This document shows, piece after piece, positions 1 through 12,758 of a stretch of 64,000 nucleotides of DNA. A program made the translations under genes and the position numbers. Under the pieces are notes generated by a model. That model did not search any database and had not been told where the DNA came from. It saw only the letters and a program-made list of their open reading frames with translations. Origin of the DNA: Macrostomum lignano (taxonomy: Eukaryota); the NCBI GenBank assembly GCA_002269645.1, contig NIVC01002514.1, positions 64,972 through 128,971 of the forward strand, given 5' to 3'. Numbering within the stretch: the stretch's first letter is position 1; the number at the start of each line of letters is the position of its first letter.

Positions 1-171
1 AGGGGTCGCCAAACTTGTCCTTTCCCTCATCTCTTCTCTCTTCGCTCTCCCCGATCTGTTTTCTTCTCTCACATCCCAACTCTCGCATCTCGCAAACAAT
101 TTTTGCAGTCGCAGAACTGCAAAAATGACCTGCGGTAGAGGGTAGCATTTTTTACTGTTGTTGAGTGCAAA

Positions 172-682
172 TGCTGGGCCAGCCTCCCAGATCCTCAGTT
201 GCTGGGCCAGCCTCCCAGATCCTCAGTTGCTGGGCCAGCCTCCCAGATCCTCAGTTGCTGAGCCAGCCTCCCAGATCCTCAGTTGCTGGGCCAGCCTCCC
301 AGATCCTCAGTTGCTGGGCCAGCCTCCCAGATCCTCAGTTGCTGGGCCAGCCTCCCAGATCCTCAGTTGCTGGGCCAGCCTCCCAGATCCTCAGTTGCTG
401 GGCCAGCCTCCCAGATCCTCAGTTGCTGGGCCAGCCTCCCAGATCATCAGTTGCTGGGCCAGCCTCCCAGATCATCAGTTGCTGGGCCAGCCTCCCAGAT
501 CCTCAGTTGCCGGGCCAGCCTCCCAGATCATCAGTTGCTGGGCCAGCCTCCCAGATCCTCAGTTGCTGGGCCAGCCTCCCAGATCCTCAGTTGCTGGGCC
601 AGCCTCTCAGATCCTCAGTTGCTGGGCCAGCCTCTCAGATCCTCAGTTGCTGGGCCATATCCCCAGTTGCTGGGCCTCCAAG
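172..682 (+). repeat. 28-bp minisatellite (GCTGGGCCAGCCTCCCAGATCCTCAGTT), ~18 copies
   Basis: Unit read directly; explains the stop-free ORFs at 158-700 and 165-707. The same family recurs inverted at 53657-54012. Confidence 0.95.
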
Positions 683-929
683 ATCAACAGAAAAAATTGA
701 ATGCTAGCATTTCCATAGATTTAATTATACATTTTAGCATGTATATGAAGTGTTTTTATTTCTCGAAGAGTCCGCTCATTAATTCAAATATAATAGCGGC
801 CCACAAAGGGCAACTTAAAGCCCAGAACCGATTCCTTGACGAGTTTCACTTCGTGTTGTGTCATTTCAAATCATCAATTGCTTTGGATAGTCATCTCTTC
901 GATTTTTCGGATGCGATCGCGCGCACGCT

Positions 930-3900
930 CTACAGGCAGCCTTCGATGGCCTCCAGCATGGCTGAAATGACGGGTGTTGGATTTGAAAATTTTTTCAGGG
1001 CTCTTCCTACAGCGGGCCTCCTATCCGCTAACACGCTCCTATTGTCTACAGGCATCGAATGGAGCATATTACATGTACATGTAGATAGGTGTCCAATTGG
1101 GTCAAATTATAGGTATCAGATGGGTCAAATTAGATGTCACATGAGGCAAATTAGGTGTCAGATGTGTCAAATTAGGTGTCGGATGGGGAAAATTAGGTAT
1201 CATCAGATAGGTCTAATTAGGTATCAGATAGGTCAAATTAGGTGTCGGATGGGTCAAATTAGGTGTCGGATGGGTTGCAAATTAGGGTGTCGGATGGGTC
1301 AAATTAGGTGTCGGATGGGTTGCAAATTAGGTGTCGGATGGGTCAAATTAGGTGTCGGATGGGTTGCAAATTAGGGTGTCGGATGGGTCAAATTATGTGT
1401 CGATAACTGCATTATCAAGACTGCCGACTGACCATCCAGTCCAGCCGGTTGGTACTGGCGCCGCCTCAGCTCTTCAATCCGCTGTTTTCCTGACTCATCG
1501 TCCTTGGCCAGCCGGGCTGCAATGGTCTCAGCCGCTTTGCGGCACAGCACCTGGTCTAGGAGGGGTTTGCCACCGTCCTCCTCTGCTGACGATGTCGACT
1601 TGTCGCCGTCTTGGTCATCAGTGTCTGGCAGTCGGCTCACCCGCGGCTCGCCCAGCGATGGAGCTTCGTCGTTGACATTGTCGTTCGAGGAAGAAGTCGA
1701 GTCTTCGCCTTTGCCTTTGGCGTTAGGGAATTCTACGTTGAAGCGAACCTGGAGACGTGTACATAGGGATGGGTGTGATGGGAGATGGGATGATGGAAGA
1801 TGGGGTGATGGGAGATGGGGTGATGGGAGATGGGGTGATGGGAGATGGGGTGATGGGAGATGGGGTGATGAGAGATGGGGTGATGGGAGATGGGGTGATG
1901 GGAGATGGGGTTATGGGAGATGGGGTGATGGGAGATGAAGTGATGGGAGATGGGGTGGTGGGAGATGGGGTGATGGGAGATGAGGTGAATGGGGCGACGG
2001 GCGATAGAGTGGTGGGATTTGGGTGTTAGTAAAAATCGGATTCTCGATTGTGGCAGAGCAATCAGATTGATAGAAAACGTAGCAGATAAAGGATCAAGGA
2101 TATAATATTCGAATTCTCACCTTCCGTCCCTCGAGCTCCAACATCCGGTCGAGCACTGCATCCAGGTATTCCCTGATCGGTCCCCCAGAACCCAGTTTCT
2201 CGCCGTATGCCTTCAACCGATCAGTGAGGCTGTCAGTGTCTTTCGATTTTCCTTCGCTCTCAGATAGAAAACTGTTTAACTCTTTTAGGGCATCGGTAAT
2301 GAGCTGTGCGGCTTTACTGTTGGAATAATCGAACTCGGCCTCATCATGTTGACCTGTGAGGGTTGGCAGGACCAGCTCTTTTGCTGGGCCTTTCAACAGA
2401 CGGGCAGCCAGTCTGAGTGCGGAATTTTGATTCAGCTTTCGCTTGCTCAGCTCGGCCAGTATGCGGGACAGAGTGTCCAGGTCTGCCAGCTGCTCCCTGA
2501 TGTACATCTCAATGGGAGCGGAGGCCTCTGTTAGAACTGCCTGCACGTGCTCCAGGTACTCCTGCGGCGAATCGGGTGTTTAAGGAAAAATATTTTGGAA
2601 GGGCATTTGAGGAGCAACTTGAAGATGAATTTTAGAGCTAGCAATCTAATGCCCCCCCCCCTTTCGGGGCGCCCAATATGCAAAAATTATTCACGCAAAT
2701 CCATTTAAAAGCACATTTTCTTAAGAACCGATGCCTTCTTCACTTTTATAAATCATCTTATTCGAGTAAAATTGTCATGGACAAAGATGTTTGCTATGAA
2801 TCTCTTTTTTATAAAAGTCACAGAAGTACACAATAAAATTAGCCTTCACAAAAATAGAAGGCATTCCCCCAGATAGCAAGCATCCCCCAGATAGCAAGCA
2901 TCCATCCAGATAGCAAGCATCCATCCAGATAGCAAGCATCCCCCAGACAGAAAGCATCCCCCAGACAGCAAGCATCCCCCAGACAGCAAGCATCCCCCAG
3001 ACAGCAAGCATCCACCCAGATAGCAAGCATTCATCCAAATAGCAAGCATCCCCCAGATAGCAAGCATCCACCCAGATAGCAAGCATTCATCCAAATAGCA
3101 AGCATCCCCCAGATAGCAAGCATTCATCCAAATAGCAAGCATCCCCCAGATAGCAAGCATCCACCCAGATAGCAAGCATTCATCCAAATAGCAAGCATCC
3201 ACCCAGATAGCAAGCATTCATCCAGATAGCAAGCATCATCCAGGTAGCAAACATCATCTAGATAGCAAGCATCACCCAGACAGCAAGCATCCCCCAGACA
3301 GCAAGCATCCACCCAGATAGCAAGCATTCATCCAAATAGCAAGCATCCCCCAGATAGCAAGCATCCACCCAGATAGCAAGCATTCATCCAAATAGCAAGC
3401 ATCCACCCAGATAGCAAGCATTCATCCAGATAGCAAGCATCATCCAGGTAGCAAACATCATCTAGATAGCAAGCATCCACCCAGATAGCAAGCATCATCC
3501 AGATAGCAAGCATCATCTAGATAGCAAGCATCCACCCAGATAGCAAGCATCCATCCAGATAGCAAGCATCCACCAAGATAGCAAGCATCATCCAGATAGC
3601 AAGCATCCACCAAGATAGCAAGCATCCACCAAGATAGCAAGCATCATCCAGATAGCAAGCATCCACCAAGATAGCAAGCATCCACCCAGATAGCAAGCAT
3701 CCACCAAGATAGCAAGCATCATCCAGATAGCAAGCATCCACCAAGATAGCAAGCATCCCTGGATAGAAAGAATCCGTAGATAGCTAGCAACCCCCTCTCA
3801 GATAGCAAGTACCTTCCACCCCCCCCAACAGCAATCATCCCCCAGATGGCAAGCATACCCCAGCTAAGCATCCCCCAGACAGCAAGTAGCTAGGGCAAAA

Positions 3901-6055
3901 ATTGCAGGTTGCATCTAGTCCAGTCTGTTCGCATCTAAGCCATCTCTTGTCTATTGGAGAACATGAATTGTGGCCCTTATAAATCAACTCCTACACCATG
4001 TCGGTTAGAGTAAAAATTATGACATAATCAATTTCTCAGTCAGCCTCAATCAGTCTCAATTCACGGGAAAATTTCTGATCGAATGATGCAAATTTGAAGA
4101 AAAACTGTTTAGCCAATTTTTCTGAAATCGATCGCATACCTACCCACATACATACCGACAACTCTTGGATTGGAAAGGCGTTTTACAGTTTATTGGAAGA
4201 CAATCAGAGAGCGCATCAGGGGAATCAGAGGAGACAATCGGAGGGAATCAGAGGAGACAATCGGAGGGAATCAGAGGAGACAATCGGAGGGAATCAGATG
4301 AGACAATCGCAGGGAATCAGAGGAGACAATCGGAGGGAATCAGAGGAGACAATCGCAGGGAATCAGAGGAGACAATCGCAGGGAATCAGAGGAGACAATC
4401 GGAGAGAATCAGAGGAGACAATCGGAGGGAATCAGAGGAGACAATCGGAGGGAATCAGAGGAGACAATCGCAGGGAATCAGAGAAGACAATCGGAGGGAA
4501 TCAGAGGAGACAATCGGAGGGAATCAGAGGAGACAATCGGAGGGAATCAGAGGAGACAATCGGAGGGAATCAGAGGAGACAATCGCAGGGAATCAGAGGA
4601 GACAATCGCAGGGAATCAGAGGAGACAATCGCAGGGAATCAGAGGAGACAATCGGAGGGAATCAGAGGAGACAATCGGAGGGAATCAGAGGAGACAATCG
4701 GAGGGAATCAGAGGAGACAATCGCAGGGAATCAGAGAAGACAATCGGAGGGAATCGGAGGAGACAATCGGAGGGAATCAGAGGAGACAATCGGAGGGAAT
4801 CAGAGGAGACAATCGGAGGGAATCAGAGGAGACAATCGGAGGGAATCAGAGGAGACAATCGGAGGGAATCAGAGGAGACAATCGCAGGGAATCAGAGGAG
4901 ACAATCGCAGGGAATCAGAGGAGACAATCGGAGGGAATCAGAGGAGACAATCGCAGGGAATCAGAGGAGACAATCGAAAGGAATCAGAGGAGACAATCGG
5001 AGGGAATCAGAGGAGACAATCGCAGGGAATCAGAGGAGACAATCGAAAGGAATCAGAGGAGACAATCGGAGGGAATCAGAGGAGACAATCGGAGGGAATC
5101 AGAGGAGACAATCGCAGGGAATCAGAGGAGACAATCGGAGGGAATCAGAGAAGACAATCGGAGGGAATCAGAGGAGACAATCGGAGGGAATCAGAGGAGA
5201 CAATCGGAGGGAATCAGAGGAGACAATCGCAGGGAATCAGAGGAGACAATCGGAGGGAATCAGAGGAGACAATCGGAGGGAATCAGAGAAGACAATCGGA
5301 GGGAATCAGAGGAGACAATCCGAGGGAATCAGAGGAGACAATCGGAGGGAATCAGAGAAGACAATCGCAGGGAATCAGAGGAGACAATCGGAGGGAATCA
5401 GAGGAGACAATCGGAGAGAATCAGAGGAGACAATCGGAGGGAATCAGAGGAGACAATCGGAGAGAATCAGAGAAGACAATCGGAGGGAATCAGAGGAGAC
5501 AATCGGAGGGAATCAGAGGAGACAATCGCAGGGAATCAGAGGAGACAATCGGAGGGAATCAGAGGAGACAATCGGAGAGAATCAGAGGAGACAATCGGAG
5601 GGAATCAGAGGAGACAATCGGAGGGAATCAGAGAAGACAATCGGAGGGAATCAGAGGAGACAATCGGAGGGAATCAGAGGAGACAATCGGAGAGAATCAG
5701 AGGAGACAATCGGAGGGAATCAGAGGAGACAATCGGAGAGAATCAGAGGAGACAATCGGAGGGAATCAGACGAGGGAATTGGTTGAAGATGTTCACTTGC
5801 AATTAACGAGTGAATTGGTGAGAGAGTGGTCAGAGTGGATGCATGCATGCAGATGAATATTCTTTAAACCACAAGCGGCAGTGGCAGTGCTCCGATTCAC
5901 CTGGGCAGCCTCCGCATAGCCATCTTGACTGGTGCCGCCAGCTCCGAGCCCGTCGCCGCTTCTCAGCGCGCTGGCGATGGCGTCTCTGATGACATTGGCG
6001 TCCAGCTTGAACCCCGCGTCCTCGGCTGCACCGCCGCTGCCGTCAGCTGCCGCGT
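930..6055 (-). CDS. Spliced gene, uncharacterised helical/acidic protein, 5'-partial. Exons 5901-6055, 2121-2561, 1433-1748, 930-961
   Basis: GT/AG sites join in frame: ...GYAEAAQ|EYLEHVQ...LELEGRK|VRFNVEF...YQPAGLD|AMLEAIEGCL*. Phases 0,0,1 are consistent. The upstream phase-1 exon was not identified. No family recognised. Confidence 0.7.
1120..1400 (+). repeat. 21-bp minisatellite (GTGTCGGATGGGTCAAATTAG), intronic
   Basis: Tandem unit read directly, degenerate towards the left end. Confidence 0.9.
1765..1985 (+). repeat. 15-bp G-rich minisatellite (GGGAGATGGGGTGAT), intronic
   Basis: Tandem unit read directly. Confidence 0.9.
2865..3760 (+). repeat. 18/19-bp minisatellite (AGATAGCAAGCATCC(A)CCC), intronic
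   Basis: Tandem unit read directly. Confidence 0.95.
4200..5770 (+). repeat. 23-bp minisatellite (GGAGGGAATCAGAGGAGACAATC), ~67 copies, intronic
   Basis: The 23-aa periodic ORFs in several frames equal 3 x 23 bp. Confidence 0.95.
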
Positions 6056-6224
6056 CTAATGAACAATAACAACAGTTCCGGTGTCCGAGGAGAGCTACTG
6101 TTAGTAGCATTGGAAACAGATTTGCCGACAATTTTATCCAGTACATGTTGATTCCAGATTTGCTGATGCAGCTGCGTTCCGATGGGTAAAAATAGCGACA
6201 GTACGATTGATTGACAATACGAAG

Positions 6225-6470
6225 ACAGACAGACAGACAGACACTAAGACAGACACTAAGACAGACAGACACTAAGACAGACAGACACTAAGACAGACAG
6301 ACACTAACGCAGACAGACACTAACGCAGACAGACACTAAGACAGACAGACACTAAGACAGACAGACACTAAGACAGACAGAAACTAACACAGACAGACAC
6401 TAACACAGACAGACACTAACACAGACAGACACTAAGACAGACAGACACTAACACAGAAAGACAAATAAAA
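6225..6470 (+). repeat. (GACA)n / 16-bp AGACAGACAGACACTA repeat
   Basis: Read directly. Confidence 0.9.
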
Positions 6471-7134
6471 AAGACAAACTACGGAAGACACTTTCACGCC
6501 ATGACAAAGCCGTACTACGAGTACGTCAGTTTCAAGAGATCAGTCAGTCAAAGAAACATACACACCTATAGTCAGGAGTCTGCACGGCTGACATAGAACT
6601 TACGGTTAATTACGTTTTTTAGCGCCTGACAGATGACAACTCCAGCTGCAGTCCTAACACAGTCAACTACAATACATGTACACTGGCAAGGTCCTCAGTA
6701 GTTATGGCCTGATCGTGTGTGTGAGGCCAGCACTGTCCACTGCTGCAGAACACGCGTGATATATTTAACGTTCAGACCCACAGTATACTCCAAATCCACG
6801 TGTAGCCTGTAAAAACATACAGGTGACGATGTTCCCACAGCTCCAAGTCGTATTTTTAATATAGGCTTTGTGAGGTTTAAAAATTTCACAAAATGTTAGC
6901 TATTCTTGGAGCTTATTAGACTAATTTACAGCCGGAGTCATAATAATGGTTGCTTTAACAATAAAATGGCCGATCGCCTACGTACCGAGCTTCTTTCAGG
7001 TGCAACTCCGGATCTATATGCTTGAGTTGGGTACTTTTACTTTTACACTGCAACGTTAAGCCGACTTTGACTGGTAAAATTTGTCATCTTCAAGCCAATG
7101 CACTTTTCACCGTTGTGTAAGCCGCATCTCAGAG

Positions 7135-8100
7135 TTGTTGTATCTGTGAGCTGGTGTGCTGTATCTGTGAGCTGGTGTGCTGCATCTGTGAGCTGGTGTG
7201 CTGTATCTGTGAGCTGGTGTGCTGTATCTGTGAGCTGGTGTGCTGTATCTGTGAGCTGGTGTGCTGTATCTGTGAGCTGGTGTGCTGTATCTGTGAGCTG
7301 GTGTGCTGCATCTGTGAGCTGGTGTGCTGTATCTGTGAGCTGGTGTGCTGTATCTGTGAGCTGGTGTGCTGTATCTGTGAGCTGGTGTGCTGTATCTGTG
7401 AGCTGGTGTGCTGTATCTGTGAGCTGGTGTGCTGTATCTGTGAGCTGGTGTGCTGTATCTGTGAGCTGGTGTACTGTATCTGTGAGCTGGTGTACTGTAT
7501 CTGTGAGCTGGTGTGCTGTATCTGTGAGCTGGTGTGCTGTATCTGTGAGCTGGTGTACTGTATCTGTGAGCTGGTGTGCTGCATCTGTGAGCTGGTGTGC
7601 TGTATCTGTGAGCTGGTGTGCTGCATCTATGAGCTGGTGTGCTGCATCTGTGAGCTGGTGTACTGTATCTGTGAGCTGGTGTGCTGCATCTGTGAGCTGG
7701 TGTGCTGTATCTGTGAGCTGGTGTGCTGCATCTATGAGCTGGTGTGCTGCATCTATGAGCTGGTGTGCTGCATCTGTGAGCGAGTCATCTGGTGTGCTGT
7801 ATCTGTGAGTGAGTCATCTGGTGTGCTGCATCTGTGAGTGAGTCATCTGGTGTGCTGCATCTGTGAGTGAGTCATCTGGTGTGCTGCATCTGTGAGTGAG
7901 TCATCTGGTGTGCTGCATCTGTGAGTGAGTCATCTGGTGTGCTGCATCTGTGAGTGAGTCATCTGGTGTGCTGCATCTGTGAGTGAGTCATCTGGTGTGC
8001 TGCATCTGTGAGTGAGTCATCTGGTGTGCTGCATCTGTGAGCGAGTCATCTGGTGTGCTGCATCTGTGAGCGAGTCATCTGATGTGCTGCATCTGTGAGC
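7135..8100 (+). repeat. Compound minisatellite: 21-bp unit (GCTGGTGTGCTGTATCTGTGA) switching at ~7780 to a 29-bp derivative
   Basis: The 29-bp unit is the 21-bp unit plus TGAGTCAT. Confidence 0.95.
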
Positions 8101-8633
8101 GTCATTTTAGGTGTTTGCCAACCTGGGACTGGGACGCTTGAATGATCGCGTTTGGTTTTTAACTCTACTGTACGTAAATTTCACTTGTGCATTGCAGGAA
8201 CAGTTTGGAGCCGGTTTCTCCAGGCAGTTTCCCATGTTTAGTAATTCACAGAGGCTTCCTTCTTCATCAGTAGTCGCAGATCCAGCTTCCTGGGCTTAAT
8301 TTTTGGCTTTAAAAGTCGCTCAAACGAAGCATCAATCATTTTCTCCATAAGTTATTATCAAGTCAAAGCTTTGAGACGTTAAAGACTTCTTTAAGAGTTG
8401 AGAGCTTCCTTCAAATTAGTTGCCAACGGTGATAATAACAAATCTTTCTGTCATCGTCAATCTTCAGTCTCAATAAAAGCATTTTTACCAAGCCACATTA
8501 ATAATTTATTGGCTCAGTAATCGCCTTCAGGGCAGTAAAGGTCGATTTAATGCGCAGTTGGGATTTCCCATGTCAAATTGAACCCTAAATAGATCTTTCC
8601 TGAGACTGAGTCTGACAGGCAACATCACCAGCC

Positions 8634-10250
8634 ATGCTCCCCTTGCTGCTCTGCCTGAGTTTGACAGTCGCTGCCTCCGCCTCCAAGCTGACGTTCGAGA
8701 AGACCCGACGCTGCCCCACCGCGGCCGCCTCTCCGCTGCCGCACCGCCTGGCCAGCAAGCTGCAGTGCGCCGCCGCCTGCTCCCGACTGCCCACCTGCAA
8801 CGCATTCCACTTCGACATCACCACCCGCCTGTGTTACCATGGAGACGCGTGTTCCCAACTCGAGCAATGGACTGACGGCGACTGCGACTCTTACAAGTAC
8901 ACCGATGTGCTGTGCGGAGACTGCGGTGAGCGGCTGCAGGCGGTGTGACTCGAATTAAACTGTTCTTCTGTCACACGCTAATCTGAGCACTCGCCAAAAT
9001 TGCTTTTCAGATGAGGCAAAGCCTTTGCTTACTGAGCTCAAACTGAAGCTTTTCTACAAGTTCTCAAGGAGCGGTCTCAAGAATGAGGTCAACCCGAGAC
9101 TGTTCTGCCTCAAGGCTCGAGCTGTGGGCATTGACGAAGATGGTGCTCACTTTAAAGGCCACTCTGGCTCCTACCTGAGGACTGAGACTCCCGGATTCTG
9201 GAAGTTTTTTCAGTTCGGTGCCGAATACTCGGTCTTTGTCCGAGCCAGACACCAATTTGATAGCGGGTAAGAGCAACCCTAGGTCTTACTGCATCTCAAA
9301 CAATGCATGCCTAAAATAGTACCTGACATCAGGTTTAGTGCATAAACCTTGTTGATTTGATGAGTTAGGTGAGCATAAACCACGGGAAGGTCGAAAACCT
9401 CACTGATGGCTGCACGTTTACGTGTTGGCGCCTATTTAGCGCCACAAGCTACCTGTTGGCGCCTGTTTAGCGCCACAAGCTACCTGCTGGCGCCTATTTA
9501 GCGCGGCAAGCTACACTTTTTACCACGGAACATGACCGCCTATTTTCACTAGGGATGGGGACAGTCCCCCTTGATGACCTCCCTTGGATGACTTCCCATT
9601 GCAGGGAAGCGATATCCTCAAGTGTTCCGGTTTTAGTTGGTGGAGGAGGACATGTAGGGGAGGGAAGTTTCCCCGTATGTCCCCCTTTTGTTCCTCTGTC
9701 CCCTGTAAGCAGATTTAGCTCGAAAATTTCACGTATAAGGTAGTCAAAATATGTGGATGTACTGTATTTACAACTGGGTGCAGTAATTAACCAAATATTC
9801 TCTATCAAATCTTGCAGGTACAAATACTATCACAATTTTGATCAATGCGGCTCCATCTTTGGCAGCTCTTTCATTCAGAATGACGGATACATTTATAATG
9901 TGGTTAAAATGAACCGGTTGAGCGATAGTAGAGGCTCTGAAGCCTCTCGTCTCTTCTCCGCCGCACCATCCACTCTGCCAACGGACGGATTTTATGGACA
10001 ACTGTCTGCTGGATTTGTCTTTAACGGGACCGGACATCAAAACTATTACCTGAACGGCACTTTTACTTCTATCGCAAGGGTTGTCACAGACCCAATCGCC
10101 TATTCCCCAAGCGTGTTTGACTGCCTAACCCTTGGACAGTCGACTGTTGATGCCAAATGTCTTAACGGCACCATGTACTGCTATGGATTGAGTACAAAAG
10201 CACTTAGCCTGAGCGAGTTTCTGCAACTGGAACAACTCTGCAACCAATGA
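8634..10250 (+). CDS. Secreted PAN/Apple-domain plus concanavalin-A/LamG-like protein, 326 aa. Exons 8634-8925, 9011-9266, 9818-10250
   Basis: Signal peptide MLPLLLCLSLTVAASA; PAN pattern SKLQCAAACSRLPTCNAFHF...C; donors G|GTGAG and GG|GTAAG, acceptors TTTTCAG and TTGCAG; exon lengths sum to 981 nt in frame. The C-terminal beta-rich domain assignment is tentative. Confidence 0.8.
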
Positions 10251-10914
10251 GTGACTGAGTGATCGAGTTTCTGCAAGTGGATTACCAGAATTAACACTTA
10301 ACAGACGTCGAGTTGGTCGCGTTTAATAAATTTTCACAGAAAAATGGCATTAGCTATCCGTTCAAACATTGTGTTGGCTGATGATTTTTGCCAAAGTGTA
10401 GCGATGTCCTTCCTAGTCCAGAAGTCTTTGATTTCATCATGTGACTGCTTTCGCGTTCATAACTATCCATGCCACCTTATCTTTGCATCAGTCAGCGTGA
10501 ATGAATAAGTGTGGAATGAATAATTGTCGATTGACGCTTTTATGTAGATATGAAATTTGTACCACCAGACCGTAAATTTGGGTAAGTTTATGGTTCTTAT
10601 CTTTTCGATTTCACATTGCGGGGTCAAGAGGGTCATTATCAATTTACGAGTTAATCATTTAGTCTGTTTTTTATTTTATAGCTTTATCACATAATTTCTC
10701 TGTGCCCAGAGTTTCCATCAATTCAGTTGAATTATCGATTGATTTCTTATCTGCTCTTATTTCTCGAATTTTCCAATAGCTAGTTATCAAACCATGATTG
10801 TTATCAGCAATCCTTGCCTATTTCTCAATCCCAATTATTTAAATTACCGTTGCTCAAAAAAGTCATTCCTGCACTCAAAAACTGCACGCCCAGTCAATCG
10901 CTAATGATTTCTCA

Positions 10915-11195
10915 GCATTCGCCGATTCTCGTTTCGCCGAAATTAATTTCATAACCATCTGGACATTAGATCATCGACCTCCTATCATACATATATACCA
11001 CTGGCTATAGACTTTTTACTATAGACTATGCAGAAGGAAGAATTCTTAATTTTAACTTAATTTTTCAAGCCATAGACATCTAAATCACATTTGCATTAGT
11101 GTAGTTGTCTATGGTCTAATGTCCAGATGGTTATGAAATTAATTACGGCGAAACGAGAATCGGCGAAACGAGAATCGGCAAAATGAGAGGTACCC
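10915..11195. mobile_element. Truncated copy of the Mutator-like element at 11619-12758
   Basis: Same terminal sequence (...GAGAGGTACCC at 11195) and TTTCGCCGATTCTC sub-repeats; the other terminus is missing. Confidence 0.7.
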
Positions 11196-11618
11196 AATTT
11201 TAAGAGAATTGGTTGAACTGTCTTTATAAAAATCAACCACACAAGTACACACCCAGATGAAGTGCTAGATTAGTATAGATATTGACGGTTGGATGGAACC
11301 GTGACAAACTGTTTTTTTATGAACTGTCGCGACTTTCTTTAGTCATTTCTTCAGTTCAGCTGCACTTGTCTCTGTTTACTCTGTTTTCTCTCCCTGTGTC
11401 TAATTTAATCTTGTTATTTCTTATCTCTCTCCCTCGCTGCCTTCTGATTGGCTCTTCAATCTCGCCTCTTTCCTAATCGAGCACTCCACCCACCCCTCCT
11501 TTTCTTGCTTGCACTCAACCAATAACCACCCCCTCTATCATTTAGACTTGTGTCGCATTTAAAGACTGTATTAAGGGAGAACAAAGCAATAAGCTTGATG
11601 AAAGAAAACAGACCACAA

Positions 11619-12758
11619 GGGTACCTCTCATTTCGCCGATTCTCATTTCGCCGATTCTCGTTTCGCCGATTCTCGTTTCGCCGATTCTCGTTTCGCCGAA
11701 TCTCATTTCGCCAATTCTCGGTTCGCCGACATTCTCATTTCGCTGATTCTCATTTCGCCGACATTATCATTTCGCCGATTCTCGTTTCGCCGACATTCTC
11801 ATTTCGCCGATTCTCGGTTCGCCGAAATTAGTTTCATAACCATCTGGACAATAGACCATAGACAACTACACTAATGCAAGTGTGATTTAGATCTCTATGG
11901 CTTGAAAAAAAGTTAAAATTAGGAATTCTTCCTTCTGTATAGTCTATGGTAATCCTTCTGCATAGTCTATGGTAAAAAGTCTATAGCCAGTGGTATATAT
12001 GTATGGTAGAAGGACAAGGAGGTTGAGGAATAACATCCAACTTTCATGCAAACGCACCATGGCTCAAGCAGCACTACAATTAGCTACTTTTGTCCCAAGT
12101 TCGCGTGGAGGGCAGCTGCTTCACATTATGGGATATTATCAGAGTTCGGCTATCAGCAGAGCTCTGGAAAAGCGACAGAAAATTGTCGGTAGAGACTCTG
12201 ACATTCCAGCGGTACGCAACAACCCGCAGACGGTTGCGAGAAGACAGGAGTTTGCCGAATGGCTCACGAGCGTTTGGACCAAATTGATGCTTGTTGGACC
12301 AAATTAAATGCTGCTGTGCCAGCCTTGCTACCATAGACAAAAGCTCCGTTACATTGGCAAACGTATCTTGGATTAAATTAAATGCCCGTAAGCCCAAATG
12401 GGCTGCAAAAAGCTATATTACCAATACAATCAATACTTTATTTTTCAAGCCATAGACATCTAAATCACACTTGCATTAGTGTACGAGCGTAGTTGTCTAT
12501 TGTCTAATGTCCAGATGGTTATGAAACTAATTTCGGCGAACCGAGAATCGGCGAAATGAGAATGTCGGCGAAACGAGAATCGGCGAAATGATAATGTCGG
12601 CGAAATGAGAATCGGCGAAATGAGAATGTCGGCGAACCGAGAATCGGTACAATGAGAATGTCGGCGAACCGAGAACCGGCGAAATGAGAATGTCGGCGAA
12701 ACGAGAATCGGCGAAACGAGAATCGGCGAAACGAGAATCGGCGAAATGAGAGGTACCC
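11619..12758 (+). mobile_element. Non-autonomous Mutator/MULE-type DNA transposon (1140 bp, ~300-bp TIRs, 9-bp TSD)
   Basis: Ends GGGTACCTCTCATTTCGCCG / CGGCGAAATGAGAGGTACCC; TSD AGACCACAA at 11610-11618 and 12759-12767; internal ATG at 12059 opens ...FVPSSRGGQLLHIMGY, resembling the start of a FLYWCH domain. Confidence 0.85.

Noticed and set aside
1-140. hAT-like TIR (AGGGGTCGCCAAACTT) or an additional exon at the window edge
   Set aside because: Truncated by the window, with no matching second TIR or TSD, so neither reading can be supported.
4094-5856. 570/563-aa charged repeat ORFs (and similar long ORFs at 158-707, 7098-7837, 33366-33947, 38102-40595, 46342-47310, 50849-51556)
   Set aside because: They are open only because the minisatellite units lack stops. 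They are open in multiple frames, and several lie inside introns of opposite-strand genes.
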